In this document: piece by piece, positions 35,292-45,528 of the stretch
How the letters are laid out: every line of letters starts with the position of its first letter
How positions within the stretch are numbered: position 1 is the stretch's first letter
Virus record (IMG/VR): IMGVR_UViG_3300005573_000098
Coordinates: 1-62,247 of that record
Direction: 5' to 3' (one strand)
From: a virus
Lineage: Duplodnaviria; Caudoviricetes
DNA: 62,247 nt
Position numbers and translations under genes: made by a program
Notes under the pieces: model-generated
The model's database searches: none
Told to the model about the DNA's origin: nothing
Seen by the model: the letters and a program-made list of their open reading frames with translations, nothing else

Positions 35292-36371
35292 ATGAAAATC
35301 TATTTGACCATTGACTTTGAAATGTCAAGATTAGAAGCCTATATACGCTTCCTGAATTTCAAATTTCCAACAGAGTTGAGCAATTTTCTTTTCTTCAGTG
35401 CAAACGACGAAATTGTGACAAGAAAACTGAAAATGCTAAGTGAGGTTTCCGACTCAATTCTTTACGACTCTGGAGCGTTCACGCTTCACCTACGAGCGAT
35501 GAAGCAAAAAGCTAAAGGCACTTTTAATCAAGCGGAACATGAAAGGACTTTAGAACGCCACTTTCAAAATTATTTGCAAATGCTTCATAAGCACTCAAAA
35601 AAGTTTGAGCTATATGCAAATTTCGATGTAATTGAAGATCCAGAAAGGTCTGCACAATATCAATCTAGAATGGAGAAGCAAGGGCTAAGACCAATGCCAG
35701 TATATCACAGAGGAACGGATCTAAGATACCTTAAATACTACTTAGAAAATTATGAGTATGTTGGTATCGGAGGATTTGCTTATCACTCTAGTGTGTCTTG
35801 GAAAGTGAAGCAGGAAATGCTGAAAGACTTATGGAGATTTATTTACAATGTTAACCCAAACGCAAAAATTCATGGATTCGGCCTGGGACGAGCTAGGTAT
35901 TTCGCTTTTCCATGGTGCAGCATCGATACGAGCAGGCCTTTTAGGCAGGCTGTGTGGACAAAATTGCTGTTAATCAGCTACATTCCAGAGGAGATAAAGT
36001 TTAGTGGAGCAAGAGAAATAAAGAGACAATGCAGCGTGCATATTGCAGATCTTATTGATTATAGCATTTCAAAGTTTGAACTTATGCAGCCAGGAAGTGA
36101 AAAAAGAAAATTTATGGATGCGATTTTAGACTACCTCTACGAGAAAAAAATGCTAAAGGAAAAAGTTAAAACTAAGGATCTGATCTTCAGCGCGAAAACG
36201 ACGAAGGGCAAGCACAAGGTGGACACGCCTTTGTGGATGTGCATTCAATTTGCAATTTCAAAACTATTGACAGACTATATCAACTCGAAGGAGTTTCAAT
36301 CTTTTGTCTCGGAAAGGCTCAAGAACGAGCTGAAAAGAAGAAAGTCCATATTTACAGGAGTAGCTAAGTGA
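35292..36371 (+). CDS. dpdA: DpdA/TGT-like guanine transglycosylase
   Basis: YDSGAFT, NFDVI, PMPVYH, VGIGG, IHGFG and SIDTS TGT-fold motifs; lies between folE and polA. Confidence 0.72.
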   Translation: MKIYLTIDFEMSRLEAYIRFLNFKFPTELSNFLFFSANDEIVTRKLKMLSEVSDSILYDSGAFTLHLRAMKQKAKGTFNQAEHERTLERHFQNYLQMLHKHSKKFELYANFDVIEDPERSAQYQSRMEKQGLRPMPVYHRGTDLRYLKYYLENYEYVGIGGFAYHSSVSWKVKQEMLKDLWRFIYNVNPNAKIHGFGLGRARYFAFPWCSIDTSRPFRQAVWTKLLLISYIPEEIKFSGAREIKRQCSVHIADLIDYSISKFELMQPGSEKRKFMDAILDYLYEKKMLKEKVKTKDLIFSAKTTKGKHKVDTPLWMCIQFAISKLLTDYINSKEFQSFVSERLKNELKRRKSIFTGVAK

Positions 36372-39070
36372 AAAGAAAAAGCCCGTTCTTTCTATGGTAT
36401 CCAAAAAACTTGAATGCGGGCCCTTCTTCGATGGAGGAAATTTCCCGCGAAGCAAATTGCATGGAATGCAAGCTTTTTGCCCGATGCAAAAGCCCGAAGA
36501 TGAAAGCCAGTGGAGAAGGAAAAAGGAAGGTCTTAATCGTAGGAGAAGCTCCTGGAGAAACAGAAGACCTCCAAGGCATTCAATTTGTCGGAGAGGCCGG
36601 CAAGCTACTAAGGAGAACGTTGGCCGCATTAAAGTTTGATCTGGACAGAGATGCGAGGAAGATAAATGCAGTAAATTGCAGACCGCCAAACAACAGAACT
36701 CCAACAAAAAATGAGATCCAATGCTGCCGTCCGATGTTGGTTGCCGAAATCAAAGAAAGCCGTCCAAAAGTAATTGTGCCAATGGGCGAGACAGCCCTAA
36801 CTTCCGTGCTGTGGCAAAGGTGGAGACAGGCGTCCGGAGGAATTAGCAGATGGAACGGGTTTCAAATCCCAGATCAAGAGTATGGATGTTGGATAGTTCC
36901 GACTTTTCATCCTTCTTTTATTTTACGTATGCAAGGTAAAAACGGAACCGAAGCGATATGGATTCGAGATCTGAAAAGAGCAATTGCAAAGTCCGAAGAA
37001 CCAGATTTTCCAAGCTACAGCAAAAACAATCTTGAGAGCTCTTTGATAACGTTAAAAGATGAGACGAAGATAATAAAAGCTCTAAAGATGATATTGCACA
37101 AGAAGCCTGCTCTTATTGCAATCGACTTCGAAACAACAGGACTCAAGCCAAGAAAAGACGGGCATAGAATTGTCGCTTGCTCCATTTGTTCCGCTGGAAT
37201 CGAAAACGAAGACGAAAAGGAGGTATCAATCTCGTTTTTGCTGAACATGAGAAAAGACAGTGGCAATGAAAAGATAAGACGTCTTCTATGCAAAATTTTT
37301 ACTGACCCACTAATCGGAAAGATTTCCCACAATTCCCAATTCGAATTGACCTGGGCCAAAGAAATACTGGGATGCTGGATTGCTCCGATAATCTGGGATT
37401 CAGAGATTGCAGCACATATAATCGACAATAGGCAAAAAACGTGCTCTTTGAAATTTCAAGCCTACGTCAACTTTGGAACTGTTTACGAAGACTTGGTTCC
37501 TCCAACATTAAGGGATTATTTGTTCAGCGGGGAGGATGGTACTTCATTTAACAGAATAAATGAGATTCCAACAGATGAATTGCTAAAGTACAACGCTCTC
37601 GACTCTCTATTTTGCTTCAAGCTGGCCAAGAAACAGATGGAAGAGCTAGGATTCCTTGCCCATAAAACAGAGGAAAGAATCGTACTCAAAAGATTTCCGA
37701 AAATCGATTCCGAAACGGAGCAGGTTGCGTCTGGTCTGCAAAAAGCAATGATGCTGTTCCTCGATGGATCTATATCCTTTGCGACCATGACAGCAGCGGG
37801 AATAAAAATCGATATAAACCAATGCAAAAGGGAATTGAGATCGACAGAGGAAAAAATTGAGAAGTGCGAAAGCAACTTGAGAAATTCCGTACTAGGGATG
37901 GAGTGGAAAAGAAAATATGGGCAAAAAATGAACTTTGAATCTCCTATCCAGTTATCAAGGCTTTTGTCTGCCAATGTGAGCTCAATGAACGGCGAAAAAA
38001 TATCAACAAGGCATGAAGATCTTGAAGAGCTCGTGGGAAAAATAGACGGAATAGCAAATCTCTTGGAATACAGGAGACTGCGAAAGCAGCAGAATTATCT
38101 ACTAGGGCTGGAAAAGGAAATTGAAAACGGAAAGCTTCATCCTTTCTTTTCCTTGTCTGGAGTTTCTACGTATCGCAGTTCCAGCCACAACATCAATTTC
38201 CAAAACATACCCATTCGTCATGGACAAATGAGCGAAGCAATAAGGAAATGCTTTGTTCCGAGAAATGGAAGAAAACTAATTGAAGTCGATTATAAGGGAA
38301 TCGAAGTTTCAGTCGCTGCTTGCTACCACAAAGACCCCAATATGATTTCTTATTTGTCATCTATGTCAAAAGATTTGCACAAAGATATGGCCTCGATGAT
38401 TTACTTGCTCAAGAGGAGCCAAGTCTCGAAGCAAGCAAGATACTCAGCAAAGAACGCTTTTGTCTTTCCGCAATTCTACGGAGATTATTACGTCAATTGC
38501 GCAAAAGCGTTGTGGAAAAATGTTCAAGCATTGGACCTGAAAATTGAAGGAGCGGGCATTAGCATTGCCGAACATCTAAGAAATTCAGGACTTGGAACGT
38601 ATGAAAAGTTCGAAGAGCACCTAATGAAAGTCGAAAACAAATTTTGGAATGTAATGTTTCCCAAGTATAGAGAGTGGAAAGAAGAATGGGTCAACATGTT
38701 CGAGAAAAAAGGATACGTCGAAATGCTTACCGGATTTCGATGTTGGGGCCCGATGACAAGAAACCAGGCAATCAACTATCCCATACAAGGAACGGCATTT
38801 CACATCCTGCTATGGTCGTTGATCAGAATTACCGACAAGCTCAAAGAGAAGAGAATGAGGGCAAAGCTGATTGGGCAAATCCATGATTGCATGTTATTTG
38901 ATGTGCCAGAGGATGAGGTCGAGGAGTTGATAAAACTTCTAAACGAAGTCATGACAGTTGAAGTAAGAGATGAATGGAAATGGATTATCGTGCCACTATC
39001 GATCGAAGTGGAAGCAACGCCCATTAACCAGTCATGGGCCGCAAAAAGGCCAATAGAGGAGAATCACTAA
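36368..39070 (+). CDS. polA: Family A DNA polymerase with N-terminal family-4 uracil-DNA glycosylase domain and 3'-5' exonuclease
   Basis: UDG motifs CMECKL, VGEAPG, NCRPPNNR and FHPSFILR; exonuclease IDFETTGL; polymerase DYKGIE, RYSAKN...YG and QIHD. Confidence 0.93.
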   Translation: MKRKSPFFLWYPKNLNAGPSSMEEISREANCMECKLFARCKSPKMKASGEGKRKVLIVGEAPGETEDLQGIQFVGEAGKLLRRTLAALKFDLDRDARKINAVNCRPPNNRTPTKNEIQCCRPMLVAEIKESRPKVIVPMGETALTSVLWQRWRQASGGISRWNGFQIPDQEYGCWIVPTFHPSFILRMQGKNGTEAIWIRDLKRAIAKSEEPDFPSYSKNNLESSLITLKDETKIIKALKMILHKKPALIAIDFETTGLKPRKDGHRIVACSICSAGIENEDEKEVSISFLLNMRKDSGNEKIRRLLCKIFTDPLIGKISHNSQFELTWAKEILGCWIAPIIWDSEIAAHIIDNRQKTCSLKFQAYVNFGTVYEDLVPPTLRDYLFSGEDGTSFNRINEIPTDELLKYNALDSLFCFKLAKKQMEELGFLAHKTEERIVLKRFPKIDSETEQVASGLQKAMMLFLDGSISFATMTAAGIKIDINQCKRELRSTEEKIEKCESNLRNSVLGMEWKRKYGQKMNFESPIQLSRLLSANVSSMNGEKISTRHEDLEELVGKIDGIANLLEYRRLRKQQNYLLGLEKEIENGKLHPFFSLSGVSTYRSSSHNINFQNIPIRHGQMSEAIRKCFVPRNGRKLIEVDYKGIEVSVAACYHKDPNMISYLSSMSKDLHKDMASMIYLLKRSQVSKQARYSAKNAFVFPQFYGDYYVNCAKALWKNVQALDLKIEGAGISIAEHLRNSGLGTYEKFEEHLMKVENKFWNVMFPKYREWKEEWVNMFEKKGYVEMLTGFRCWGPMTRNQAINYPIQGTAFHILLWSLIRITDKLKEKRMRAKLIGQIHDCMLFDVPEDEVEELIKLLNEVMTVEVRDEWKWIIVPLSIEVEATPINQSWAAKRPIEENH

Positions 39071-40041
39071 TGACATTGTATCTTAAATATCGTCCAACAT
39101 GTTTGGAAGATATTGTCGGAAATTGCAGTACAGTTGAAGCATTAAAAAGTTTATCAAGGATGCCTCTCGAAAGTCTTCCGCATTCTTACTTGTTTTCAGG
39201 ACCCACGGGATGCGGAAAGACAACGTTGGCAAGAATTTTGGCAAAGAACATTCTTCAATGCTCCGATTTCGATTTTCAAGAATTGGACGTTGCGGACTTC
39301 CGTGGAATAGAAACGATAAGAGATATAAGACGCACTATGACTTTAAAGCCGTTAAAGGGAAAAACTAGAGTCTGGCTGCTTGATGAATGCCACAAGCTGA
39401 CCAACGACGCTCAGAATGCAATGCTGAAAGCTCTGGAAGACACTCCATCTCATGTTTACTTTATTCTTTCGACGACGGAGCCCAACAAGCTGATTCCAAC
39501 GATCGTCAATAGATGTTTAAGGTTTCAAGTTCATAAGTTGTCAAGGAGAGAGATGATTAAACTTTTGAAAAGGATTGCCAAGCTAGAATACAACAGCAAA
39601 ATTGAGATTCATCTTTTGAGTGAAATAGCATCGACGTCGGAAGGATCTGCGAGAAAAGCTTTGACCACTTTAGAAAAAGTCATGGCCTTGAATGATCCAG
39701 AGTCGATGTTAAAAGCGATTCGAGAAGAACAGTTCAACGAAAACAAAAGCGTTATCGATCTCTGCAGAGCGCTTTATCACCCACAAGCAAACTGGGAAAA
39801 CGTCAGGAAAGTTCTTCTCGACCTCGAGAGCGAAGACCATGAGAAAATCCGCAAAGCAGTGCTCGGCTATTTTGCGAACGTTTTAATGTCCAAGCATGAC
39901 ATGCTTGCCCATCTTATTATTCAACTTTTCAAGGAGCCATTTTATGACTCCGGATTTCCAGGAATCGTTTCAGCTTGTTTCGAAGTATTTGCTCAATCAA
40001 AGGAGGTGATGAAACATGACAATTCCGACGTGCCGTATTAG
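39070..40041 (+). CDS. dnaX: Clamp loader, DNA pol III gamma/tau-like AAA+ ATPase
   Basis: LKYRP, SGPTGCGKTT, LLDECH, NAMLKALED and TIVNRC motifs. Confidence 0.92.
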   Translation: MTLYLKYRPTCLEDIVGNCSTVEALKSLSRMPLESLPHSYLFSGPTGCGKTTLARILAKNILQCSDFDFQELDVADFRGIETIRDIRRTMTLKPLKGKTRVWLLDECHKLTNDAQNAMLKALEDTPSHVYFILSTTEPNKLIPTIVNRCLRFQVHKLSRREMIKLLKRIAKLEYNSKIEIHLLSEIASTSEGSARKALTTLEKVMALNDPESMLKAIREEQFNENKSVIDLCRALYHPQANWENVRKVLLDLESEDHEKIRKAVLGYFANVLMSKHDMLAHLIIQLFKEPFYDSGFPGIVSACFEVFAQSKEVMKHDNSDVPY

Positions 40042-40077
40042 AGAGTAACATCACTACCAAGAAAGGAGAAAATCAAG

Positions 40078-40563
40078 ATGAAGTACAATTTCAAAGAAGA
40101 CATCAAAATCAACGAAGACAATCTTCAAGAAGAATGGATAAAGCAACCAATGCTGTTTTGGAAATACAGCAAAAAAGCAAAGGAGCTGAGAGCAAAAGCA
40201 ATAAAGGCAAATGAAAAGACAAAGCTAATAAAGTCCGAACTAATTCTTAAAGCCTCGAAGGATGGAATCGAAGGAATAGACAGGATAAGCGACGTAAAAG
40301 CGGAAGCCTGGGCCAGAACACAACAAGAGTATTTGCAGGCAAAAGAGGAGTGGGAAAATGCAGAATTGGAAGCTGAGATTTTCGACGCGGCCGTTTATGC
40401 ACTAGTGCAGAAAAAGACGGCGCTGGAAAACTTAGTACGCTTAACGTTAGGAGACTATTACTCATATCCTAAGTACGAAGAAGCCGGTAAAGAGCTAAAG
40501 ACAAAAGTAAAAAAAGCGATCGTTTCTTCTAGCAAACTTTCAGAAAAGGAGGAGGACAAATGA
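40078..40563 (+). CDS. UvsY-like recombination mediator
   Basis: DIKINEDNLQEEWIKQP and helical composition; sits beside the SSB and RecA genes. Confidence 0.6.
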   Translation: MKYNFKEDIKINEDNLQEEWIKQPMLFWKYSKKAKELRAKAIKANEKTKLIKSELILKASKDGIEGIDRISDVKAEAWARTQQEYLQAKEEWENAELEAEIFDAAVYALVQKKTALENLVRLTLGDYYSYPKYEEAGKELKTKVKKAIVSSSKLSEKEEDK

Positions 40564-41696
40564 ATCTGACAGAGCGAATCAAAAAGAGGATCACGGAAAG
40601 GCAAAACGTAAAAGGAAGCTCCAGTAAGTATATTTTGGATCCAGATGTTACGTTCTTCACGCCGAAGAAAGGAATAAACGAGATTGATATTATCCCTTAC
40701 AAAGTTACAGTGGAAAATCATCCAGAAGGAATTGAAGTAGGCGATCTTTGGTATCAAAGAACTGTCTTTGTTCATTATGGCATTGGATTGGAGGATCAGT
40801 CTTACATTTGCCCTCGAACAATTCGAAAGCCTTGTCCGATTTGCGAGCACAGGCTTATCATACTCAAAGATGAAAACGCAGACAAAAGTATTTCGGACCA
40901 TCTAAAGGCAAAAGAGAGAGAGCTCTACAATGTCGTGGATTTGAGCCTTCCGGAGCGTAAAGTCCAGCTTTGGGAAATCTCTTACCACAACTTCGGGCGA
41001 ATGTTGGAAGAGGAAATTCGAGAAGGCAACATCGAATGGGCGAGATTTCCAAGCCTGACCAAAGGATATACATTAAGAGTCAGGTTCACGGAAAAAACGA
41101 TTGGAAGTGGGAAAACATACTTGCAAGCCACTAGAGTTGACTTTGTCAAAAGGCAGGAACAATACACAAAAGAAATTTTGAAGCAAGTATATGATTTGGA
41201 CAGAATCTTAAACGTTCTTCCCTACAAGGAATTGGAGAGACTTTTTTTCGAAGGGACTAATAATAGTGGAAGCGATAACGATGTCGACAAATTTCAAGAT
41301 TCCACCGGAATCAAAAAGACAATTACGAAAGACACAAGAATGAAGCCTCAAGTAGTTGTAAGCAGGAATCTCTCAAGAAAGATCAAAGACGAGGAGAACG
41401 AGGAAGGGATTGAAGAAAAAACTGAAGAAGACGAAGAAGAAAAGGAAACGGCAGAGCAATTAGAAGACGAGGAAGAAAACGAAGGACATGAGAACGAAGA
41501 TGAAAATGAAGATGAGAATGAAGGCGAAGATGAAGACGAGGAGGAAAAAGAGACTCCGAAGGCAGCCGGAAAGCAAAAACAAATAAGCCAAAAGAAATGT
41601 CCATACGGACACAAATTCGGCCAGGACGTTGACACAACAAAGGACTGTGTAGATTGCAAAGTCTGGGAGGATTGCCTCGATGCAGCGGAAGAATAA
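40560..41696 (+). CDS. T4 gp32-like single-stranded DNA-binding protein
   Basis: VHY...YICP...CPICE Zn site, acidic C-terminal region and a terminal CPYGH...CVDC...C knot. Confidence 0.75.
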   Translation: MNLTERIKKRITERQNVKGSSSKYILDPDVTFFTPKKGINEIDIIPYKVTVENHPEGIEVGDLWYQRTVFVHYGIGLEDQSYICPRTIRKPCPICEHRLIILKDENADKSISDHLKAKERELYNVVDLSLPERKVQLWEISYHNFGRMLEEEIREGNIEWARFPSLTKGYTLRVRFTEKTIGSGKTYLQATRVDFVKRQEQYTKEILKQVYDLDRILNVLPYKELERLFFEGTNNSGSDNDVDKFQDSTGIKKTITKDTRMKPQVVVSRNLSRKIKDEENEEGIEEKTEEDEEEKETAEQLEDEEENEGHENEDENEDENEGEDEDEEEKETPKAAGKQKQISQKKCPYGHKFGQDVDTTKDCVDCKVWEDCLDAAEE

Positions 41697-41922
41697 TAAC
41701 AGCAAAAGGGAATTCAAAAAAGGGAAAAGTATTTTTGTCACAACCCGCGAAATTCAAAAGATGCTAGAGGAATACGGAGTAATTGTAACACCTCCGACTA
41801 TTGTGAAATGGATAACCGAACTGGGATTAGCAAAAAAGCTGACCAAAGGAGGTTGGTATTATGCCAGGAGAGAGGAAGTTGAAAAGGCGATCAAAGAAAA
41901 ATTCGGAAACGGAGGAGATTGA
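41680..41922 (+). CDS. Small HTH/excisionase-like DNA-binding protein
   Basis: TTREI...PTIVKWI...GGWYYARREEV pattern. Confidence 0.55.
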   Translation: MQRKNNNSKREFKKGKSIFVTTREIQKMLEEYGVIVTPPTIVKWITELGLAKKLTKGGWYYARREEVEKAIKEKFGNGGD

Positions 41923-42967
41923 ACGAACGATCCTTTCCGAAGATGCTCAAAAAAATTCAGGGCCGTCCTTCGTTCATTCCGGCTCTACACTACTAAATCT
42001 TGTTTGCTCTGACAGCATCAAAGGAGGATTTGTCAAAGGATCTATGATCAACGTGATCGGCGATTCTCATACCGGAAAAACTATCCTAGCGCTTACTTGC
42101 CTTGCTGAAGTCTCCAATCGAAAGCGGTATGATGATTATCTTTTGTTCTACGATGATGCCGAGAACGCCTGTAACTTCAACATCAAAAAATTGCTCGGCA
42201 ATATCGCTTTCGAAAGAATTACCTTTCTAAGTCCTCCGTCATTTACAATTGAGCAATGGGCGGATCGCGTCAGAGAATTGCTGAAGGAGGGAAAGAAATT
42301 TATCTACGTTTTGGATTCTCTTGATGCGTTGACCAGTGAATCAGAAGTTGAGCTATTGGAAAAACAAATCAAGGAGAGGGCACGATCAGGAGTGACACTA
42401 TCGGAATCATATGGGACAGAGAAAGCAAAGGCAATCAGTCAAATGCTAAGAACTATCTCTAATGATCTGAAGCAAACCGAATCTTTGCTCTATGTGATCA
42501 GTCAAGTCAGGGAGAACATCGGAGCCAGACAATTCATGCCGAGGTATCGACGTTCCGGAGGCAAAGCACTTGATCATTATTCGCAACATGTATTTTGGTT
42601 GGCAACAAAGGAAGTGATAAAAAGCTCAAAGCGAAACATACCAATAGGACAACTAACACAGATAAAATGCACTAAAAACAAGGTAACAGGAAAGATCAGG
42701 TCAATTGAAGTCCCAATCTATTACAGTTATGGAGTTGACGATATTGGGTCTATGATCAATTTCCTGATGAGCGAAGGAAGATGGAAACGAAACGGAGGTA
42801 TCATTCATTGTCCAGAGTTAAACTTTAACGGAACAAAAAATCAGCTAATACAATTCATAGAAGACAGCAAACACGGCGAATCAAAGTTGAAGAAAATTGT
42901 CTGGGAGCAATGGAACAAAATCGAGTCCGAACTGGAGTTGGGAAGGAAAAGCAAATATGACAATTAA
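41861..42967 (+). CDS. recA: RecA/UvsX-like recombinase
   Basis: GDSHTGKT, YDDAEN, VLDSLDAL, ISQVRE, SGGKAL and KNKV motifs. Confidence 0.9.
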   Translation: MPGERKLKRRSKKNSETEEIERTILSEDAQKNSGPSFVHSGSTLLNLVCSDSIKGGFVKGSMINVIGDSHTGKTILALTCLAEVSNRKRYDDYLLFYDDAENACNFNIKKLLGNIAFERITFLSPPSFTIEQWADRVRELLKEGKKFIYVLDSLDALTSESEVELLEKQIKERARSGVTLSESYGTEKAKAISQMLRTISNDLKQTESLLYVISQVRENIGARQFMPRYRRSGGKALDHYSQHVFWLATKEVIKSSKRNIPIGQLTQIKCTKNKVTGKIRSIEVPIYYSYGVDDIGSMINFLMSEGRWKRNGGIIHCPELNFNGTKNQLIQFIEDSKHGESKLKKIVWEQWNKIESELELGRKSKYDN

Positions 42968-43358
42968 GATGAGAATAAGCAGAGCAAGATGCAAGGAAAG
43001 AGGAAGATATTTGCAAAAGGAAGTCGCAAAGAAAATTTCAGAAATCACAGGTATCTCGTATGGAAAAGACGAGCCAATAGCATCAAGGGAAATGGGTCAA
43101 AGTGGTCCCGATGTCAGATTAGTGGGAGAAGCAAAAAGGATCTTTCCTTTTGCGATTGAAGCAAAGTATCAAGAAAAATGGAACGTCGTAGAATGGATTA
43201 AGCAAGCGAAGAAAAACATGCAAGATTCCGGAAAGTATCTATCATGGTTGCTAGTGTTAAAGAAAAATAATTTGGATCCTGTCATTGTTTTAGACATGAA
43301 CGTTTTCTTTTCCATTGCTCTTCCGTGGATCGAAAAGATGAAAGGAAACCATAAATGA
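42957..43358 (+). CDS. Holliday junction resolvase (PD-(D/E)xK)
   Basis: RGRYLQ, GPDV, AIEAK and W..QA motifs. Confidence 0.8.
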   Translation: MTIKMRISRARCKERGRYLQKEVAKKISEITGISYGKDEPIASREMGQSGPDVRLVGEAKRIFPFAIEAKYQEKWNVVEWIKQAKKNMQDSGKYLSWLLVLKKNNLDPVIVLDMNVFFSIALPWIEKMKGNHK

Positions 43359-44320
43359 TCAAATCAATCAAGATTAAAAACTTCAAATCTCATCAAAAAA
43401 CAAGTTTGGACTTATCTCCTGGGATAAACGTTATAACAGGGCAAAGTGATGCTGGGAAAAGCGCAATACTTGGATCCATCTATTGGGTTACTCAAAACAG
43501 GCCATTAGGAACGGCCATCCTCAGACACGGAAAAGACAAGGCAGCAGTATCGATAAGAACGGATCATGGGAAAATTACAAAAATCAAATCCGACAAAGTC
43601 AACAGATACATTGTAACTTTGGCTGAAAGCGGAAAGAAGCAGAAACATGTCTTAGATTCTGTTGGAACTTCTGTTCCTGATACTCTCAAAAAAGTAATAA
43701 ACGTAGACGATCTTAATTTTCAACGCCAACATGATCCTCCGTTTCTTGTGAGCTTCTCAAGCTCTGAAGTCGCGAGAATCCTAAACGAAGCTGCAAGCCT
43801 GGACGAAATTGACAAAGCTCATTCAAAAGTCAGATCAATTCAAAGGCAGTTAATTTCCTCTATTGAGCATTACAAGTTACAAGCAAAGTCAGTAACAGAG
43901 CAAATACAATCGCATAAATATGTTGAAAAAATAGAGCGCAAGTTTTTGAAGAAAGCTCTGCCATTACATCAAAAGTTAAAAACTCTCAAGGAGACGGAAG
44001 AAGATTTGTCAAAAGCAATAAAGGAAACCCTGTCAATAGAAGAGCAGATAAAAGAAAAATGTTGGGCGAAAACAGTTGATGAGAAAAAGGTGCTATCTGA
44101 TTGTCAAGCGATAAAGCAAAGGTTGATTGAAATATCACAAACAGAAAAAGAACTGACTATTTGCATATCAGAGTTGAAATCAATTGACGAAAGAATGAAG
44201 CAAATACTGTCGACCATAAATAAGACAAAAGAAGAAATACTTTCGTTAAACATTCAAAAATGTCCGCTGTGCGGAAACGTATGGAAGGGACTTAATCATG
44301 AAAATTTTGATTTGCTCTGA
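43355..44320 (+). CDS. sbcC: SbcC/Rad50-like ATPase, N-terminal half
   Basis: IKNFKSH, GQSDAGKS (Walker A), Q-loop (FQRQ) and coiled coil, ending at the CPLC zinc hook. Confidence 0.88.
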   Translation: MIKSIKIKNFKSHQKTSLDLSPGINVITGQSDAGKSAILGSIYWVTQNRPLGTAILRHGKDKAAVSIRTDHGKITKIKSDKVNRYIVTLAESGKKQKHVLDSVGTSVPDTLKKVINVDDLNFQRQHDPPFLVSFSSSEVARILNEAASLDEIDKAHSKVRSIQRQLISSIEHYKLQAKSVTEQIQSHKYVEKIERKFLKKALPLHQKLKTLKETEEDLSKAIKETLSIEEQIKEKCWAKTVDEKKVLSDCQAIKQRLIEISQTEKELTICISELKSIDERMKQILSTINKTKEEILSLNIQKCPLCGNVWKGLNHENFDLL

Positions 44321-45272
44321 TTTGCATATTAGGGAAAGCAGCCCAAGATGCCGCAAAGATGATTATTGGAGTCGTCAAAAAGCAAAGCTAGAATTCATAA
44401 AAAATTTGTCGAGAGAATGCAACATTACAATTTGCGCAGGAGATGTTTTTCACCATTGGAAGCCTTCACCATTCTTGATAAGAGAATCTATGAAAAGGCT
44501 GCCTGTTGGAATGCTATGCATTCCTGGGCAGCATGATCTTCCGCAACATGATTTTTCCCAAATAGGCAAGAGTGGATTCGCAGTGTTGGAACAAGCCGGA
44601 ATAATTGAGAAGCTATACGTAAATGAGCCGTTTACAAGGCATTTGATTTATCCTGACAAAAAATCAAGCAATGATATTCCGATCATGATTGACTTGTATC
44701 CATTCGGCAGAAGCACGGAAGAAAACATAGCAAAGGCAATGGAAGCGATGAAAGACGATGACGGTATTTTCAAAATAGCAGTAATACATGAATTAGTATG
44801 GGAATCCAAAAAGAAAGATACGCGGCAAGACTTCCTTCCTTTGTCCGGCCATGTCAAAAGAGTCGCAAAAAGACTTGAAAAATACAATTTGATCGTTTGT
44901 GGAGACAATCATAATTATTTTGTTGTAAAAGAACGGCAAACGTCAAAATTCATTATCAACACTGGCTCCATGATGAGAATGACTATTTCGCAAGCTGAGG
45001 ATGAGCCTTCGGTCGTTGTATTCGATACTGCCAACAAATCATATAGACGAGTTTATCTTCCAATTTCGAGCAACTTGAAAGACACTTTCGACTTTGAAAG
45101 TAAGATGATAGAAGACGGAGATGAAAAGTTGTCATTGTTTATCGAGCAGCTGTGCAAAGAATATGAAATAGGTCTCAACTTCAGAAAAAACATAGAAGAG
45201 TTTTTAGCAAAGAATCCTAATATAAGGAATGAAGTTAGGCAGATGATATGGAGGATCGTTGAAAATGAATGA
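44298..45272 (+). CDS. sbcD: SbcD/Mre11-like metallophosphoesterase nuclease
   Basis: SDLH, AGDVFH, PGQHD, GDNH and NTGS motifs. Confidence 0.9.
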   Translation: MKILICSDLHIRESSPRCRKDDYWSRQKAKLEFIKNLSRECNITICAGDVFHHWKPSPFLIRESMKRLPVGMLCIPGQHDLPQHDFSQIGKSGFAVLEQAGIIEKLYVNEPFTRHLIYPDKKSSNDIPIMIDLYPFGRSTEENIAKAMEAMKDDDGIFKIAVIHELVWESKKKDTRQDFLPLSGHVKRVAKRLEKYNLIVCGDNHNYFVVKERQTSKFIINTGSMMRMTISQAEDEPSVVVFDTANKSYRRVYLPISSNLKDTFDFESKMIEDGDEKLSLFIEQLCKEYEIGLNFRKNIEEFLAKNPNIRNEVRQMIWRIVENE

Positions 45273-45528
45273 GTCGGCAAAAGAGCTAATCAAACGACTT
45301 GAAGAGTTACAATTAAAACTGACTAGGGCAAGAACAGAACTTGCAAAATTAGAAGGAAGAAAAGAACAAGTCTTGTCTAATTTGAAAGAAAAACAGAAAT
45401 GCGAATCATTGGAAGAAGCAAGTGAAAAGCTGAAATCTGTTAGAAGAATAAGGGAAGCAACAGAACGAGAGCTGATGTCGATCTTAAATGCTTTAGAGGA
45501 AGGAATGAAAGAGCATGACAAATCTTGA
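45265..45528 (+). CDS. Small coiled-coil protein
   Basis: Heptad-rich 87 aa ORF overlapping both neighbours. Confidence 0.65.
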   Translation: MNESAKELIKRLEELQLKLTRARTELAKLEGRKEQVLSNLKEKQKCESLEEASEKLKSVRRIREATERELMSILNALEEGMKEHDKS

